Origin: Eledone cirrhosa
Lineage: Eukaryota
Length of the DNA stretch: 64,000 nucleotides
Reading direction: 5' to 3'
Assembly (NCBI GenBank): GCA_964016885.1
Contig: OZ024743.1
Span: 216,070,001 to 216,134,000 of the forward strand
A program made the translations under genes and the position numbers. Positions within the stretch are counted from its first letter, which is position 1. Each line of letters opens with the position of its first letter. The notes below the pieces were generated by a model. It was not told the origin of the DNA. It did no database searches and worked only from the letters and a program-made list of their open reading frames with translations. Below are positions 1-15,110 of the stretch, one piece after another.

Positions 1-1055
1 AGTGCAAGCATTAAAGATATTAAAAGTATTGGAAATGCACAGCGAAGGGATGATATGGACTTCATGCACTTCGACATTTTCATAGTCGGGGGAGTGTATT
101 TTTCAGATTATATGCCCCTCACATAATCCACGACAATTCGATATTGAGCGTTTGACAATCCAGTTAGAGAATCGTAGTCTGATGTTCTTTAGTTCAATAC
201 AGGTGGCTGTTACGTTTCGAGAATCGACATTGAATACAAAGAACATCAGACTACGATTTTCTAACTGGATTGTCAAACGCTCAATATCGTATTGTCGTGG
301 ATTATGTGAGGGGCATATAATCTGAAAAATACACTCCCCTGACTATGAAAATGTCGAAGTGCAGGAAGTCCATATCATCCCTTCGCTGTGCATTTCCAAT
401 ACTTTTAATATCTTTAATGCTTGCACTATTGTTAATGCTTATATCATTTCTCCACACACAGACTATAACAATCATATAAAGAATTTGCCACCAGATCAAC
501 CAACCTAACACTCTTGTTTACCTACCTAAGTGCTTCTACTACACGTAACTCTCTGCCACACTATATAAACAAGACGCACGTGCTTGCCACACATATAACA
601 TTTGCACTATATAACCGCTTATTTTCATGTTGTATTTTAACATGTATTTTTGATTTTTTATTGTACCTTTTAATATGAATGTAATCTCTAAGTGTGTACT
701 GCCACTCTAAATGCTGTAATGAATGTTGACCCACAATATTTGCATATGTATCTGTATGTCTCTTGGGTGGAAAGGGAGGTCATATAACTGTCCATTCATT
801 AATAAATTGCTCCGAAGAATCCAAACCTCGGTTTGGAGGAAACAGTTGTAAGCACAAAAATGTTTTGAACAGTTCTTTGATTCTTATATTTCATATAACT
901 GCTCTGTAAATCATCTGATGTTTTTACATTGAGTTACTTAACTTACTGGTAATAAGGTAGTAATATATTACTGCCTACCACTATTTAGGGTTTGTATAAA
1001 AAAATATAACTGCAAAAGGTTTTTGTATTTACATAACCATAAATAGTATAATTAA

Positions 1056-1058
<3 letters not shown>
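1..1058. mobile_element. Foldback insertion 1: inverted arms ~1-198 and ~229-427 (left arm runs off the window). The right copy continues to (TA)n at 1059. Probable PLE 3' end (pLTR) pair
   Basis: AGTGCAAGCATTAAAGATATTAAAAG at 1 mirrors CTTTTAATATCTTTAATGCTTGCACT ending at 427, with a few mismatches and a ~30-nt spacer. HHR motif at 808-854 upstream of (TA)n. Confidence 0.8.
808..854 (+). ncRNA. Type-I minimal hammerhead ribozyme motif (U4C variant)
   Basis: TGCT-CCGAAGA-aTCCAAACC tc GGTTTGGAg-GAAA-CAGTTG-TA-AGCA: stem I, core, 8-bp stem II and near-palindromic stem III. Confidence 0.75.
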
Positions 1059-1144
<86 letters not shown>

Positions 1145-1449
1145 CATATATATATTTGTGTGTTTGTGTGTTGGTAGAGAGGCATGAGGGCACTTTTGAT
1201 GCCGGATGGGATGACTATTATTATACGCTTTTTCCAAGAGACAAGTTGTAGAGGCGGTTATTCGTTGGCGTATTCGTGTGAGAGTGTCAGCCCGTGCCCG
1301 CATATCATTGACGATCGCATCTGTAGTCCTCCGCGGAATGGCTAGTAATTGATACTCATGACCAGATTTCCATACTGGCCAGGTGCCTCTGGGGAAACGG
1401 TACGCCGGCTGGTGGTATTACACTACTGAGTATTAGTCATTCGTAACAT

Positions 1450-2490
1450 TCACCGCATCTATCAGGGATATCTTCCTCTCAGCCCATTCCAAAGTGAGAC
1501 TGGCCAAATTCATCGCGATATTTTCTCAGTTAAAATAACACCCAAGCCCAATTGGACAGGTCAAATATCTAGGTGCAAAACACGACGGGATGGTGAAATT
1601 CGTTGAAAAACATGATAGGAGTAAGAAGCATCATTCTATCATGAAACAGATCAAAATATTTTCTGCTGATCTCATGACTATTATCTTAGTTTGGAGTGAA
1701 TGATTTAACTGTGACAACTTTTGTCGCAAAGTAAATAGAATTAATGGCTACGAAAAAAGAGGACGAAAACTTATCAACAGTGTGGGAGCAGAAAGTTTGG
1801 ATGGCAAATATGTTGCTCGTAGCAAACAAGTTGATGTTGACCAGTAGCTCTCCCTTCAGTGGGCATATATGTCAGGGATTGGTCTTAGCTGCCCAAGATC
1901 AAAAGCTTATTTTAATGGCACTATCGAGCCAATGTGTTGGGAAATAGAGCAGATCAAGAGTATCCTTGCTGCAATGATGCGATTCAAATTGTGGAGCAAT
2001 CAATATCTGGGTATAAGGATTCAGCACCAGTAAAGTATAAATTAAAACATGCTAGAGTTAGACAATAACGTATGAGCATCACTTTGGGACTGTATGTAAG
2101 GATTCTTGGAGATTTATTTGTATATACAAGGATTCTTTGAGATTTCTTAGAGATTTCTTTGTATATACAGGCAGAATCATCAATGCTAACAAACCGCATA
2201 TTATCATAAAATACAAAAATAACAAATTATGTTTATTGATCGATGTGAGAATTCCATTTGATCACAATACTGCGGCAAACAAAATTTGACAAGCTCAGAA
2301 AATATAATGACTTGCAGATTGAGAATCTCAGAAAATATAATGACAGTGATTGTAGGAGCACTAGGGATAATAAAGAAAAGAAGAGAAGAATATCAGTTAT
2401 TGGTCAGTGGCTTACCATTGCTTCATGAAGTGCAGAAGTTGTTTTAACTGGTATGGCGCATATATTCAGAAAAGCAGTATTGCTATGAGA
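1450..2490 (+). mobile_element. Degenerate R4/Dong-like (RLE) non-LTR retrotransposon fragment
   Basis: Remnant motifs KYLG, GLVLAAQDQ, DV.IP.D, VIVGALG and a C-terminal LTG.AHI.RK; many stops and frameshifts. Confidence 0.6.
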
Positions 2491-2871
2491 ATGATAATCA
2501 TCAATGTATTTTTTATTTACCATTTATAATTATTATTCAATAATTATATAAGTTGTAAATAGTTGAGTACTCTTATATGATTGGCTATCATTATGTTGTA
2601 GATATGATTTCATACAGATAATATGCACATGTATAAAGTGAATTGTATACTTGTAACAGCGTAAGGTGCGTGAGGTGAACAATCTTGTGTGTTTGTTTTG
2701 TATATTGAGGTTCTCTTCCCCAGTGGCCAGGAGGACACTCGGCAGAAATCGAAACAAAGCTAATGTAAGAGGAACCCAAATAATAGTGATGATGATGATG
2801 ATGATGATGATGATGACTTAATAACAAGGCTAGTAATTTCAGGGGATGAAACATATCTATTTAATAGACCT

Positions 2872-2955
2872 CAATACTTGTCCTGTATATTTTCTCATCA
2901 ATCTCGGAATGATGAAAGGCAAACTAGACCTCGGTTGGATTTGAACTCACTACGT
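2872..2955 (-). mobile_element. Old, diverged tRNA-SINE fragment
   Basis: GATGAAAGGCAAA...CTCGG..GGATTTGAACTCA resembles the reverse complement of the young SINE core and B-box. Confidence 0.55.
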
Positions 2956-3900
2956 TTAGATCGTGGTCAAATACTCTAAAAGTTTCCCAATGCTCTAGTA
3001 TTATAATAACAAATTTGCATACAATGACTTTCAATAAAATAACAAATGGTTAGCTCTGTAAGCAACAAAAAACAATATAATGCAGGACAGGATTTATATA
3101 TTGAAGATTCAACCCCATATATACCCTTCCATAAAAACACACGAAACCTACTCATAAAAAGGAGTCGCGTGACATTATGACAACACGGCTGACAGCAGAG
3201 CGCATGCTATACAGAGCCACAGCATTATACAAACACTCATAACAACACTCTCATAACCTTCAACTACCACCGACATAAAATATCTCACATCTACACATAT
3301 TCTACACTGAAGAAGAAACCGTAACGTAACATCCGATTTAACAACGTTAGCCGTACAATGTTTCTACATACTCAACAAAGAACTGTTGAAACACTTCAAG
3401 AACACCTGTTGGTGTAATAGATATATAAAACTGTTGCGAATGTCATCATAATATTTAGCAATAAAATGAAAAGAAAACAAAATAAAAAGACAAGTTATTT
3501 GATATTAAGATAAATTGAGGCAATATTAACTTAATCTTAGATTCCGTTTAACTTCTACTTCACATACACAACATACCATATCCTGATGAAATTATCATAA
3601 CATCAAACTTTATACACTCGATGCGTGTGCTTTCTTTACTCATATCATCAAAGTATCGTAGCAGTTCAAATCAGGATAGAATAATGTAACGATATCTACA
3701 AAGGAAATCAGATGAAGGTGAATCCATTTCACATGTGCAGAAAACCTATGAAGTATTCGTAGCCCTTGCTGCACGCTCTTTGAAATGTGATGTCATTGAA
3801 AACAAATATATTTTCCATGAAATGTTTCAAAGGAGCGTTATCATTGCTGGGGGTATAAATATTGCTTTCTTCAATGAGTGATAACTATATATATATGTAA

Positions 3901-4199
<299 letters not shown>

Positions 4200-4869
4200 G
4201 TGAGAGAGAGACGTCTCTCACGAATGTTTGTAATTCTGTCATCTAAATTCACACTCTAAATTGAGATACAAATAGAACATTTCTGAAACATCTTATCACT
4301 TAATATTAACAACAACATTCAAAACGGTAAATATATCATAAATCAATATTAACGACTTTACTACCTAAAATAAATTGTCATTTGCCTTTTGCTCTTTTTT
4401 TTTTTCCAGATATAATCATTTACTAATCAAGTTATAATGAAAATTCATGATATTATATTGTGACGTATCACACCTCCATTTTTCGGTGCTAAATACTTAT
4501 GCCTATATACAAACAGATATTTTATTCTCATTAAAACCACATGGATTAATTCAATTTTTTATATTATACATACATATTGAGAGAGCTACTTTCAGATACG
4601 TAAAATTTATTTTTTCTAAGAAATGAATTTTTTCTAATATTTGTACGAAGTTAAATATATAATTATATTTCCCTACAACTTTTCTAGAACGCACTTGATT
4701 AATTATGTAAATCATGAAATTTCGAACACTCCCTTTTTGATATTGTTTTCGACTAAATTCTCTGCGGTCCCTATGTTTAAAATACATTATCACAGTTTTT
4801 ACCCTTTCCTCTCCCTCTGAGAGTTGAGTATGATTATGTACACTTAAAATAACAACGACCAATGTGTTG

Positions 4870-7375
4870 CCATTGGAAGTTCAGTATAGCCTCTGGTATT
4901 ATAAGGATTTGTGTAATGATCACACATAGACTGTGAAAAATATGTTTCATTCAGTTTTTCAACTTACAAATATGTATGTATTTGACTGGATAGGTATATC
5001 ACCAAAAGCAAACATGGAATCCGGTGTTGTATTTGCTATTAGAATTGATTTAGTTAAACAACTTGAAACAATTTGTAGTGTTATCATTGACAAAATTGTG
5101 ACACTTCGCGTAGCAAAGGAACGAAATGTATTGCTTGTTTTGTAGTTGCCATGATCCAACATTAAACTCATCATTTGAGCTTCGGCAACTCATCAACTGC
5201 CTCGTAACTCAGGAATGTGCCTACTGGGAATTAGCTTTTATTGTCTTGGAACTTAAATATATAAGTAGTAAATGATCACCTGAGATAGCTATATGTCTTA
5301 GTCAGATATAAGTTTCAAATGGTTAACACAAATGGTCTTCATTTGTTGTTATTTTGTACAGAATTTAATCTTATAATTAGAGATTTAGCCTTCCAACAGT
5401 GTGAAGACTAGCTGCAAACACCAAACTACAGGTCACTATCATTTAATTGATTATATTGTTACGCATCAGACAATGTGGCGTGATATGAATCTAAAACTCG
5501 GTTTTCAATATGAGCAGCATGATCTGGTATTAACCTCATGCATCCCAAATAAACAAGAAACTTCAAACACCAATTCGGACACAACGGATTATTCCTCGTT
5601 AAAATTGATTGGATGCCAGCAGCTTGAAGAATAGAGGCATCGCCCAATTCTTTAATAGCTACTTCGAATCAAAATCGCATGAGCATGTGATTATATTGAG
5701 ACCACTCTGAGTGACCAACTATTTGAAGCTAAGCTTTAAGTTATACCCATCGTAAGCACCAGGGCTAGGTTAAATCAAATGATCCACAAATCTAATCGCA
5801 TGTTCAAGACATCTCACACAGCTTGAATGCTTGATAACAAAATCAGTCTCCAAACTTAAAGCTTTCAACATGCAATGAATCGTGCCAAACAACTTGAAAT
5901 GAAACCAAACTGTTGGAAAGGAAGAACATACGCCCACGAAGAAACAGCTGTCGAAGTTGATTTGAAAAGAGTATATTTCAGAAGATTCATTTCCAGTCCT
6001 TTCTCTAGTAAACTAATAATTAATTGACAAGCCTGACATAACCAAAATGTGGGCGCAGAACCTCTAGAGGTTTCTTGATAGAGACATAAAACTTAATATG
6101 GATATTATTAACACTATTTTGCAGCATCCTGTACAATACCTCTCCAAACATTATTATCCTTCAGAAATTAAAACTACCATCAGACAACTACCCCAAAAAG
6201 ATCTTCAGTTGGTGATGGTCTTGCAAATATGCGAATTCAACCCTGGTGGCAAGATTCTTTGTGGTGTTCTTAACATATGTATAAGAGTACCACATATGTT
6301 CAGTACCACATAGGTTAAAATATGCCTTAATTATAAACTTTCCTAAAACAAGAATACCAAATGTGTGTGACAGCCATAATTGCTCGAGTTATCCTGACCC
6401 CTTCAAATCTCTTCTCTGGTAAAATGCAGGAGACCGGAGTCAGCGATCAGGACAAGGAACTGTTAATATGGTGTATAGTCTGTGAACACTGCACAGAAAT
6501 ATACGGAACATGGAAGGGAAATCTTTGTCACATTTGTTGACCTCGCCAATGCATTCGATACTACGTCTTCTGATGTCTTGTGAATCGTCATTCAAAGCGT
6601 GGTTTATCAACGAAAATGCTTTAAATCATAACATAATTTCGTCATGTTATAAACGCAAATGTTATCTCCGCTGGTGACTGCTCAGAACATTTTGATCTGA
6701 CGAATGCAACCAAACAAGGATGTTTTCATCTCTACCTTTCGCTTTATTTCTTCGGTGATACTTGAACATGTTTTTTAATATATTTATGAAGGAGTTTCTT
6801 TTGAGTTTCGAAAACCAGTGGGTGTTTGCAACAAGCGACAGTGTAAAGAAAAATCAAACACAGTTACCCAAGAAGTTGGGATCTGTTTGCAAAAAATTGC
6901 TTTGTCGTGGCCTTAAACTTGATAGACATGGAAACAATTTTAAGTTCTTTTTCAGAAGAAAGTAAAGTGTTCGGACTTACAATCATCATAAAAAGAGTCT
7001 GCACCATTTTCAGTCTGTCCCTGAGCAATAACCAACGGCTCTAAAAACAGATTTTTGTTGACGGCAAACAACTTAAGACAATGTATACTTTCATTTATTT
7101 TGGCTCATCTATAATAGCGATGCAGAATTGGACAATGAATTACAGAACCGAATTTCAGAGGCCAGCTCTAAGGCTTGTAAATTATGTCACAGCCTATGAC
7201 ATCGTAGTGATGTGATTTTGAGTGTGACGGTTGAAGTTTATTAATATGTTGTACTCTCCACAATTCTCTATTGTATTGAGGCATACACCGTTTTTGAAAC
7301 ACATTAAACATTTAGATTAATACCTAATGCGATGCATACGAGAAATCAATGGCATGAAGCCCTAAAATCGCGTCT
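4870..7375 (+). mobile_element. Highly degenerate RTE-clade LINE (APE + RT remnants)
   Basis: SGVVFAIRIDLV, HLIDYIVT, FVDL.NAFD, KQGC and F.Y.GS-like remnants in the expected order, heavily disrupted. Confidence 0.65.
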
Positions 7376-7995
7376 AATTTAGAGAAGTAGAGTTTCAGGG
7401 CGCATATAACGTATAACGTTTTTTGGTCCCTAAAATGCCGTCTGTATAAAAAATATATATAACATTGTTCAGTTTTGTTGATATATATGTTTTCTAAAAA
7501 CGTATATCATTCGTATTTCTCAATACATAATATTTTTATAAATTATTTTATATTTGTATTTATTTCAATATTGCAGTATCAAACGTGTAGCTATGCTACC
7601 AGGCCAGATATTAGTATAACCAAATTAATATTGGATAATTAAAAGGTTGTGAGAGGAGACAATTAATATCAGTTTCTATTGTTTTCCTTATTTGGTTTTT
7701 GTTTTCTTATTTGCTTTTTGTTTTTCAGAAAATAATTTGTTGATAGTTGTTTATTCATTTCAAAAGATAATTATATATAAACAGAAATATGTTTAGAAGA
7801 AATAAATAAAAAAGAGGCATTAATGAGATGTATCCCGCTAGGTAAAGGTCACATCTCAGTGGCTCAATTTAATACAACGATTTATAGTTTACTGTTGGTT
7901 GTTGATATGATGTTTAAGTTGTTATTCTTATTCATAATTGGTAAAGTTAATTTATCTATAGACACACATCACTCACATATACAACCACAAACTCA

Positions 7996-8027
<32 letters not shown>

Positions 8028-8333
8028 AATATATGTGTGTGTGTGTGTTTGAGTGGGGTGTGTGCGCGTGTGTGTGAATTTATATTTGTCTCTTTGCGTC
8101 TGTGAATAAGTATGTGTGGCTATATTAGTCTAAGACTTCATTTATACCATAAACGTGGTTTTGTCTTTGCGTGTAATTGTTCTCACCGCTCCACATAAGG
8201 ACGTATTATGTTCGCTTTTTTCCGTTCATTGCCAGGGAACGTCTTCACGAACCAAAGTATCGTCTTCCTGTTTTCCTTCGGCTGCAACGTTTTTCGAAAT
8301 ATTTACTTCTGCTTTCACAGTTTGATTTCTTTT

Positions 8334-8384
8334 AGTTTCAGAAGATCCCGTTAAGGGTGAAAGTAGCGATTTTTTGCTTAAACT
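8334..8384 (+). ncRNA. Hammerhead-like motif (U4A variant), ~15 nt before (TA)n; same family as 56800-56850
   Basis: AGTTT-CAGAAGA-tCCC gttaa GGGt-GAAA-GTAG..TTGC-TT-AAACT. Confidence 0.55.
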
Positions 8385-8811
8385 TTAATCTTTTAATTTT
8401 ATATATATATATATGGGGAGGGTCATATTTGTGTAATATTGCCAGAATTAATAACAGAACACACTCACTGTTTAGTTGGTTTTCGTTTCTGTGTCTTTTA
8501 TATCGGTTAATTTAATTTATTCGGTCCTCAATGTTGCCATTGACTGACCAACGGTAAACAAAACAGATACACTATAGACACAAACACATATCTATAGTCT
8601 ATCAAATTTCTTTCGTTGCACACCTGCAACATCGTCAGTGGTGCTATTGTGTTTCCTGCCGTTGCATTGTACGCCTACGCCATCTTTATTTAGTCTGTTT
8701 ATTTATTTATTTATTTGTTTATTTTGTTTGTTTCGACACACGATTTCATATCAAAAACCTCGCAAAACTATATATATATATATATTTATATATTCTTCCC
8801 ACTCCCTCCAA

Positions 8812-8872
<61 letters not shown>

Positions 8873-8900
8873 ATCACACACACATGCACACACGTACGTT

Positions 8901-9012
<112 letters not shown>

Positions 9013-9977
9013 GTATGTGTGCCTGTGAATTTGCCCATGATGGTGTCAAATGTGAAAGGATGATACATTTTCATAAAATTATGTACACTTTTCTTTGGTT
9101 TCTGCCTTCGGAATTGCCATCAAATGGCACCAAGTGTTTGTTATGAAAGGGCCAAAAATGTATCATGTACATCATTTAATAGGAAAATATTGGTTACAAT
9201 AATCAGATCTCAAATTATTGGCACACTTATTTGTATGTCTTTTTGTTCCGTACCTATATGTATATGTTGGTTTTATTTATCAATTGTTTTATCAATTGCC
9301 TGAGCAATTGATAAAAACACTGACTTCTCTTCTTTGTCTAATATCAAGCAGCCGCTGTATGTTCATACGGAGTAGCTCTTTATCATTTGAAACTTCGCAT
9401 GTACTAGGGAAACTCTTCCATTATTTTAAGTAACCAACACTATCAAAACTATCAGTGGGCATCTGATGAGTAGGGAATCTTACTTAATTTCCTGATAATG
9501 TATATTCAATAATGTATCCAGCGCATATTACGCCTGTATATATATTTAGATACATATACATATATATATATTTAGAACAAATTCACCGTAATTTTATGGA
9601 TTTACGTTGGATTACATGACAGGCATTATTTGGTTCGATGTAAATGAATATATAATTAACAACGTTAATGACCGGAATAATAAGAGGGAATTGGTCAAGA
9701 AAAATTGAGGAGTGAAGCAGCAACTTCACAATGATGTAATCATAGTCATTTTAAATTAATTTATTTTCCTTTAGTAGCCGGCAACAGAATGATAATAAAC
9801 GAATCCAACAAACCTAATCCAAATTTACAATTTCAGATGATAACCTACCAGAAACAAACACACAATACTGGAACTAGGGGGACACATTTTCTCAGAGCAC
9901 AATCAGCCTGAGTATCCAGTCCCTGTCAAATGTTTTTGCCACTGAATAAATTTCCACCGTTAAATGTACACATATAT

Positions 9978-10029
<52 letters not shown>

Positions 10030-10036
<7 letters not shown>

Positions 10037-10521
10037 CACAATATATAGAGAAACACACAGATACATGCGGACACACACATATACATGAATATATCCACAT
10101 CCATCCCTGAGTTAATGGTGCCAACCCTAACCGATGTTGCTCTATGAATAACTGGGACAAACCAATCCGAATGGATTAGACTGAACCAGTATCAGAGCTA
10201 TAAAGTACATTATGAAGAGAGAAGAAACATTAGATATAATTAGTAATAAGATGTATCGTACCCAAACTGCTTCTAAATTCCTCGACTACGTAGTTTCGTG
10301 GCATAATCAAAAACAATTATATCTAATGTTTCTTCTCTCTTCATAATGTACTTTATAGCTCTGATACTGGTTCAGTCTAATCCATTCGGATTGGTTTGTC
10401 CCAGTTATTCATAGAGCAACATCGGTTAGGGTTGGCACCATTAACTCAGGGATGGATGTGGATATATTCATGTGTATGTGTGTGTCCGCATGTATCTGTG
10501 TGTTTCTCTATATATTGTGTA

Positions 10522-10530
<9 letters not shown>
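10030..10530. mobile_element. Foldback insertion 2: ~210-bp near-identical inverted arms with a ~74-nt spacer, (TA)n on both sides
   Basis: Arms ~10030-10240 and ~10315-10530 (the ORF track shows the same peptide [20 protein letters not shown] on both strands). (TA)n at ~9985-10029 and ~10530-10614. Confidence 0.9.
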
Positions 10531-10618
<88 letters not shown>

Positions 10619-12466
10619 TTAAAGGACCGACAAGATCCCAGGCATCATTTATTGACTGGGTGAGATAAAACCCGACAAATTGGACCAAGAAAACAATGTT
10701 TCCATTGGTCTTTCCATTGATGATACTATCTACAGGGTGCAACGTGAAATATACACCATAGATAGCATTACCAATGGAGAGAACAATGATCACACATACA
10801 CACACAAACGCATCCTCATACGCAAACACACACACACACAAACACACACATATATATATATATCTTCATTTATTTATTTTTATTGTGTGTCTTTGGGTGT
10901 ATGTCGATTGCAGTTATCAATCTAACAATAAAAGTGTGGTCTCTCTGCTGCTGTCATACTTATGTAGGCAATAGATTAATCCCTAACATCATGGGTACAT
11001 TCTCTGGTGAACGGCTACAAAGAAAAGTAACAGCAATTATGAAAGATGACTGCGTTTTTAATATCTCTCCTTGAACCTATAATAAAGTATAAACAACGAG
11101 AGACGTGCTTTGACATGGTGATTCTGAACGATAGAATGCTTCTTTGTTTTTATAGTTTTTCTCTCTATAATTTAGCTCTGGACAACTGAATTTCCAGGTT
11201 TAATAGGTTTCAGATATCTTATTAGGATCACCGGATTAAGTACTTAGAATATAGTTAAAGGAAATAATCTACATTGTAGACTTTTGAATTTTATGCTTTG
11301 TCTGTAGATTAAATGGTTCTACACAATTTAGCAAATTGATATGAATAATAAAGATATTTAATTCAGTTTACTTTATAGCTTAGAGTGACTTTAACATTGG
11401 AATCGTTGTGTTTTCTTATTTGGAATATGCTTTATACTTGTTATATGCATATGGAATGTGTACATGTTCCTCGCATTCTGTTTAGAACATTAGCAGCGAA
11501 AACGCTATCAAACGGCATTGAAGCAGAAATTGAAATCGCATTGTGGGCTTTAGTACAATGAGTATTGCCAGTTCTATTGTGGCACTTGTCATCCATCTTA
11601 AATTTATTGCCAGAAATATTTATAGCTGCTATTTTTAGTACGAACCACTAAAGTTGCATGCCACAATGTTATTCTAAGCCAAATAATACGAGACATATTT
11701 TTGCATGACCTAATGAACGTAGATTATCGATTCTTGTTGGAGAATATTGTATTTCTGTTATACATTGTTATATTACTGTTTTCTATTTAGGTAATATTTT
11801 ATTCTTTGGTATTGTTGGCCTAAAATCGATATCAATATTTAATCCTAAAATATAATTAGATGGACAAATGAATAAATAAATAAATATGAAAATCAATGAA
11901 TGAAACACCTAAATTAAAACTAAAGAAGCAATGTTTAAATATGAACATTTATGAGAACATGTCCAGGAAATTAATACAAAACTTCAAAGGAAATGACATG
12001 ATATAATAAAAGGCAGTTCGAGAGGCATAAGGGCTTATGAAATAAATATTATATACAGTAGAATAAAAAGCAGCAAATCATGTGCTAATGTAGGTGTTAA
12101 TCTCTTGGCAAGCTGAAAACACCCAACACATATACGATTCGCCGTTTTAAAGGTATATTGATTTTACCTTCGCTTGTAAAGCATGAGTATCACCGATTCT
12201 CATCAAACATTTCTTGACTTACAGTTTATTAGGGCGCAATGCATGACCTAATTTTCATACAAAAATATTTTTGGTAAAATGTTTCTAATAGGGAGGAGGT
12301 CTGAAATATTCATAGGGAGACTATGAAGGGGTGATGCTATAGCTATGAAGTTTTATGCATGAATTCTAACTCTTTTTAGTACTTACTACATTGTTTCTTT
12401 CCATAGAGTCTGTAGAAAAATAAACCTCTTTCGGCTATTCCATGAATGTAACTTTACTAAAATAAT

Positions 12467-12650
12467 TGTTTCTACTTTAGGCACAAGGCCAGCAATTACC
12501 CAGTGCATTACTGGTACTTTATTTTATCGACCCCGTAAGGATGAAAGGCAAAGTCAACCTCGGCGGGATTTGAACTCAGATCGTAAAGGGACGTAACTAT
12601 GCTGGAAATCATGGCGTCTGACCCTCTACCGATACTGCCAATCCACCGCC
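12467..12650 (-). mobile_element. Full-length tRNA-derived SINE with 14-bp TSD
   Basis: Head GGCGGTGGATTGGCAG, B-box GAGTTCAAATCC, core GCCTTTCATCCTTACGGGGTCGATAAAAT, tail GAAACAATTAT. TSD TTTACTAAAATAAT at 12453-12466 and 12651-12664. Confidence 0.9.
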
Positions 12651-13173
12651 TTTACTAAAATAATATAATTAAATATCACTCGCAGTTTCTAATGTGATAC
12701 ATTCAATAACGTTGTCTATATATAATGCATATAAATATTTATTAGTCATTATGATAAGGGTGATATTAAAGTGTATTGCAGTACTCACACCTATCGCAAA
12801 AAAATAAATCATTTAGAAGATCACGTATTCTACCACGAAGAAATGTATAAATTTGATATATTTGGGACCGATATAATTAAGCGATTAAGAAAATATGTTA
12901 AGTAGTCTATATGTGTATTCATTACGTTAACATTAACATACTTTAGTGCATTATTCTAAATGCCGAAGCTACGAATTTTGAGGTAAAATTGAAAGAAATT
13001 ACAAAAGCATTGATTTTCGAGCCTAACCGGGCGCTCATCAGTTGGCGAGCATTTTATCCAAATAGTAACAAGGAATTCATATTTTCAAGCATCTTTACAA
13101 AAGAGCTATGTGTGTAGATGTATTCACACACTCGTGCAGTCTCGGTGAAACAATCAGATATAAGTATACAACT

Positions 13174-13239
<66 letters not shown>

Positions 13240-13389
13240 CTATATCTATATATATCTATATATGTATATATACATATATATAGAGAGGAGGTGCGATAGA
13301 GGTTGCGATAGAGCGAAAGAGAGAGGGGGCGAGAGAGAGAGATACATAGAGATAGAGAGAGAGATAGAGAAAGAGAGAAAGAGGGAGAT

Positions 13390-15110
13390 TCCTGTTAGAA
13401 GCAACGGTCTCCAGTAGAGTGAGCTGCATCCTAGCAAGCTGCATGGATGTTATCCAGCTACTTTGCTCAGTGTCTACCGTTGGGTCTGGTACCATTAGAT
13501 TATACCCGTAAATTCTGTCCAGCTATTCGTTCCTGAGATCTTCTAACCACATGCCCATTGTATTGGAGCTATGCTCTGTCAATTCCGAAAAATAGCGACT
13601 CTACCTGGAATGATTTTTGATGGCTGTGTTACGCACTCTATCAAGTGACTTTACCAATTTCAACCCAATTTCGCGATCATAATCTTTCGGTTATTACACA
13701 AGATTCGGGACCATATGTAAGGGTTGGCACAAATACCGAATTGAAGATAGCGATTTTGGATTTGATACCTACATACCTTCTGACGACCGAATGCTGAAGC
13801 TGGCGTATGGATTGGTAGTACCGGTAAAGGGTCAGACGCCATGCTCAGAGTTACGGCCTGAGTTCCAACTTTTGGTCTGAGTTCAAATCCCGCCGAGGTT
13901 AACTTTACCTTTCATCCTTACGACGTCGAGAAAATAAAGTACCAGTAATGCACTTGAATAATTGCTGGCCTTGTGCCAAATGTAGAAACAATTATTGCAG
14001 CAGCTTCCGCTAGTCTTGCACTTAATTCAACCTCCTGCCTTCCATCACTCATGGACACGGACCCAAGATGATTGAAATCCTCCACCTTCTTCATATGTAG
14101 AATGCACTGTGCAGGCTTCCCTGAGAAGATGAGTGTCTCTGTATTCGCATCATTGTTTTTAATTTCAGCTATGCAGTATTACGCCTTAAGCCTATCGAGT
14201 GCATGTCGAAGATCAACTTCTGTCGATTACATTAACACTATTTTGTCTCAAAATTTCATCATACTGATATTACACACATCGGTCGTAGTACCACTTCCAA
14301 GCCGTCTGCGCATGACAATGAAAATAATGAATAGGTGAAGTGACAGTCCACAGCCTTGGCAGAATCCGGCATCCATATTGAATTGTTCAGTTTAGAACCA
14401 TTTATCCAAATCCAAATAATCGGGCAATCGTATAGAATCATCAGGGCAGCAAGAAGGTGACCAATGTTCCCATATTCCTGCAAAACCTTCCACAGAGATT
14501 AATAATTCATGTTGTCTTCGTCTCTGATCTCTTCGATTCTGTATTGGATGTTTATGTTAACAGAATTGTTGAGCTGTCAAATGATCACAATATGCAATTT
14601 TAGACTAACTAAACCTAAAAACGCCCACATATCTGGCAGCTCCAGGAAAACCTACAGTATAAAGTGGGAAGCGCTGGTAGATAAGGAAGGTATGCAAATC
14701 ATATCGCAGCCAAATTCAGAGACTCACATGAATAAGCTAAGCTCGTTGAGACAGAGTGGAAATTGTTTAGCTCGGCAGTTTCTGCTTCAACTGGTAAAGG
14801 CTGTAGTGCAGGAAAAAGAGGCATGGCATGCCGCTGGATATAAGGAGAACCCTTTCATTCAATAAAGAGGTCAAAATAGTCATCTGAGCAAGAATGAGGT
14901 CTACAAATGATGGCTTAGAAAGACGTCTTCCTTCTTGCACTTGCCGTACAAGCAGGTTCAAATATTTGCAGCAGAAACAGTAAAGGCTTCAAAAAGTTGT
15001 GACATGGGAGAACTTTTGTGTTGTGCTAGAATCTGGAAATATCGTGTTTTTGATAAGAAGTCCTCCGTCTCACCTGCTATTATAAACGTGCCTGGATATT
15101 TTCCTTCTCC
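13390..15110 (-). mobile_element. Degenerate RTE (BovB-like) LINE fragment, interrupted by a SINE
   Basis: Minus-strand remnants DSAKAVDC (cf. DYAKAFDC) and VEDF..LGS; many stops. Confidence 0.55.
13802..13996 (+). mobile_element. tRNA-derived SINE copy
   Basis: Same head, B-box, core and tail as 12467-12650. Confidence 0.85.

Noticed and set aside
9458-9535. CTGATGA followed by a weak stem as an HHR (similar cases at ~3305, ~25970 and ~49048)
   Set aside because: There is no properly placed GAAA, stem III or stem I closure, so these are too degenerate to call.
10141-10198. SECIS-like ATGA...AAA...GA pattern in the foldback 2 arm
   Set aside because: The spacing is too long, helix II is poor, and there is no linked UGA-containing ORF.
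12467-12650. tRNA gene (A/B-box-like motifs)
   Set aside because: No cloverleaf is evident, and the multi-copy body, tail and TSDs identify it as a SINE.
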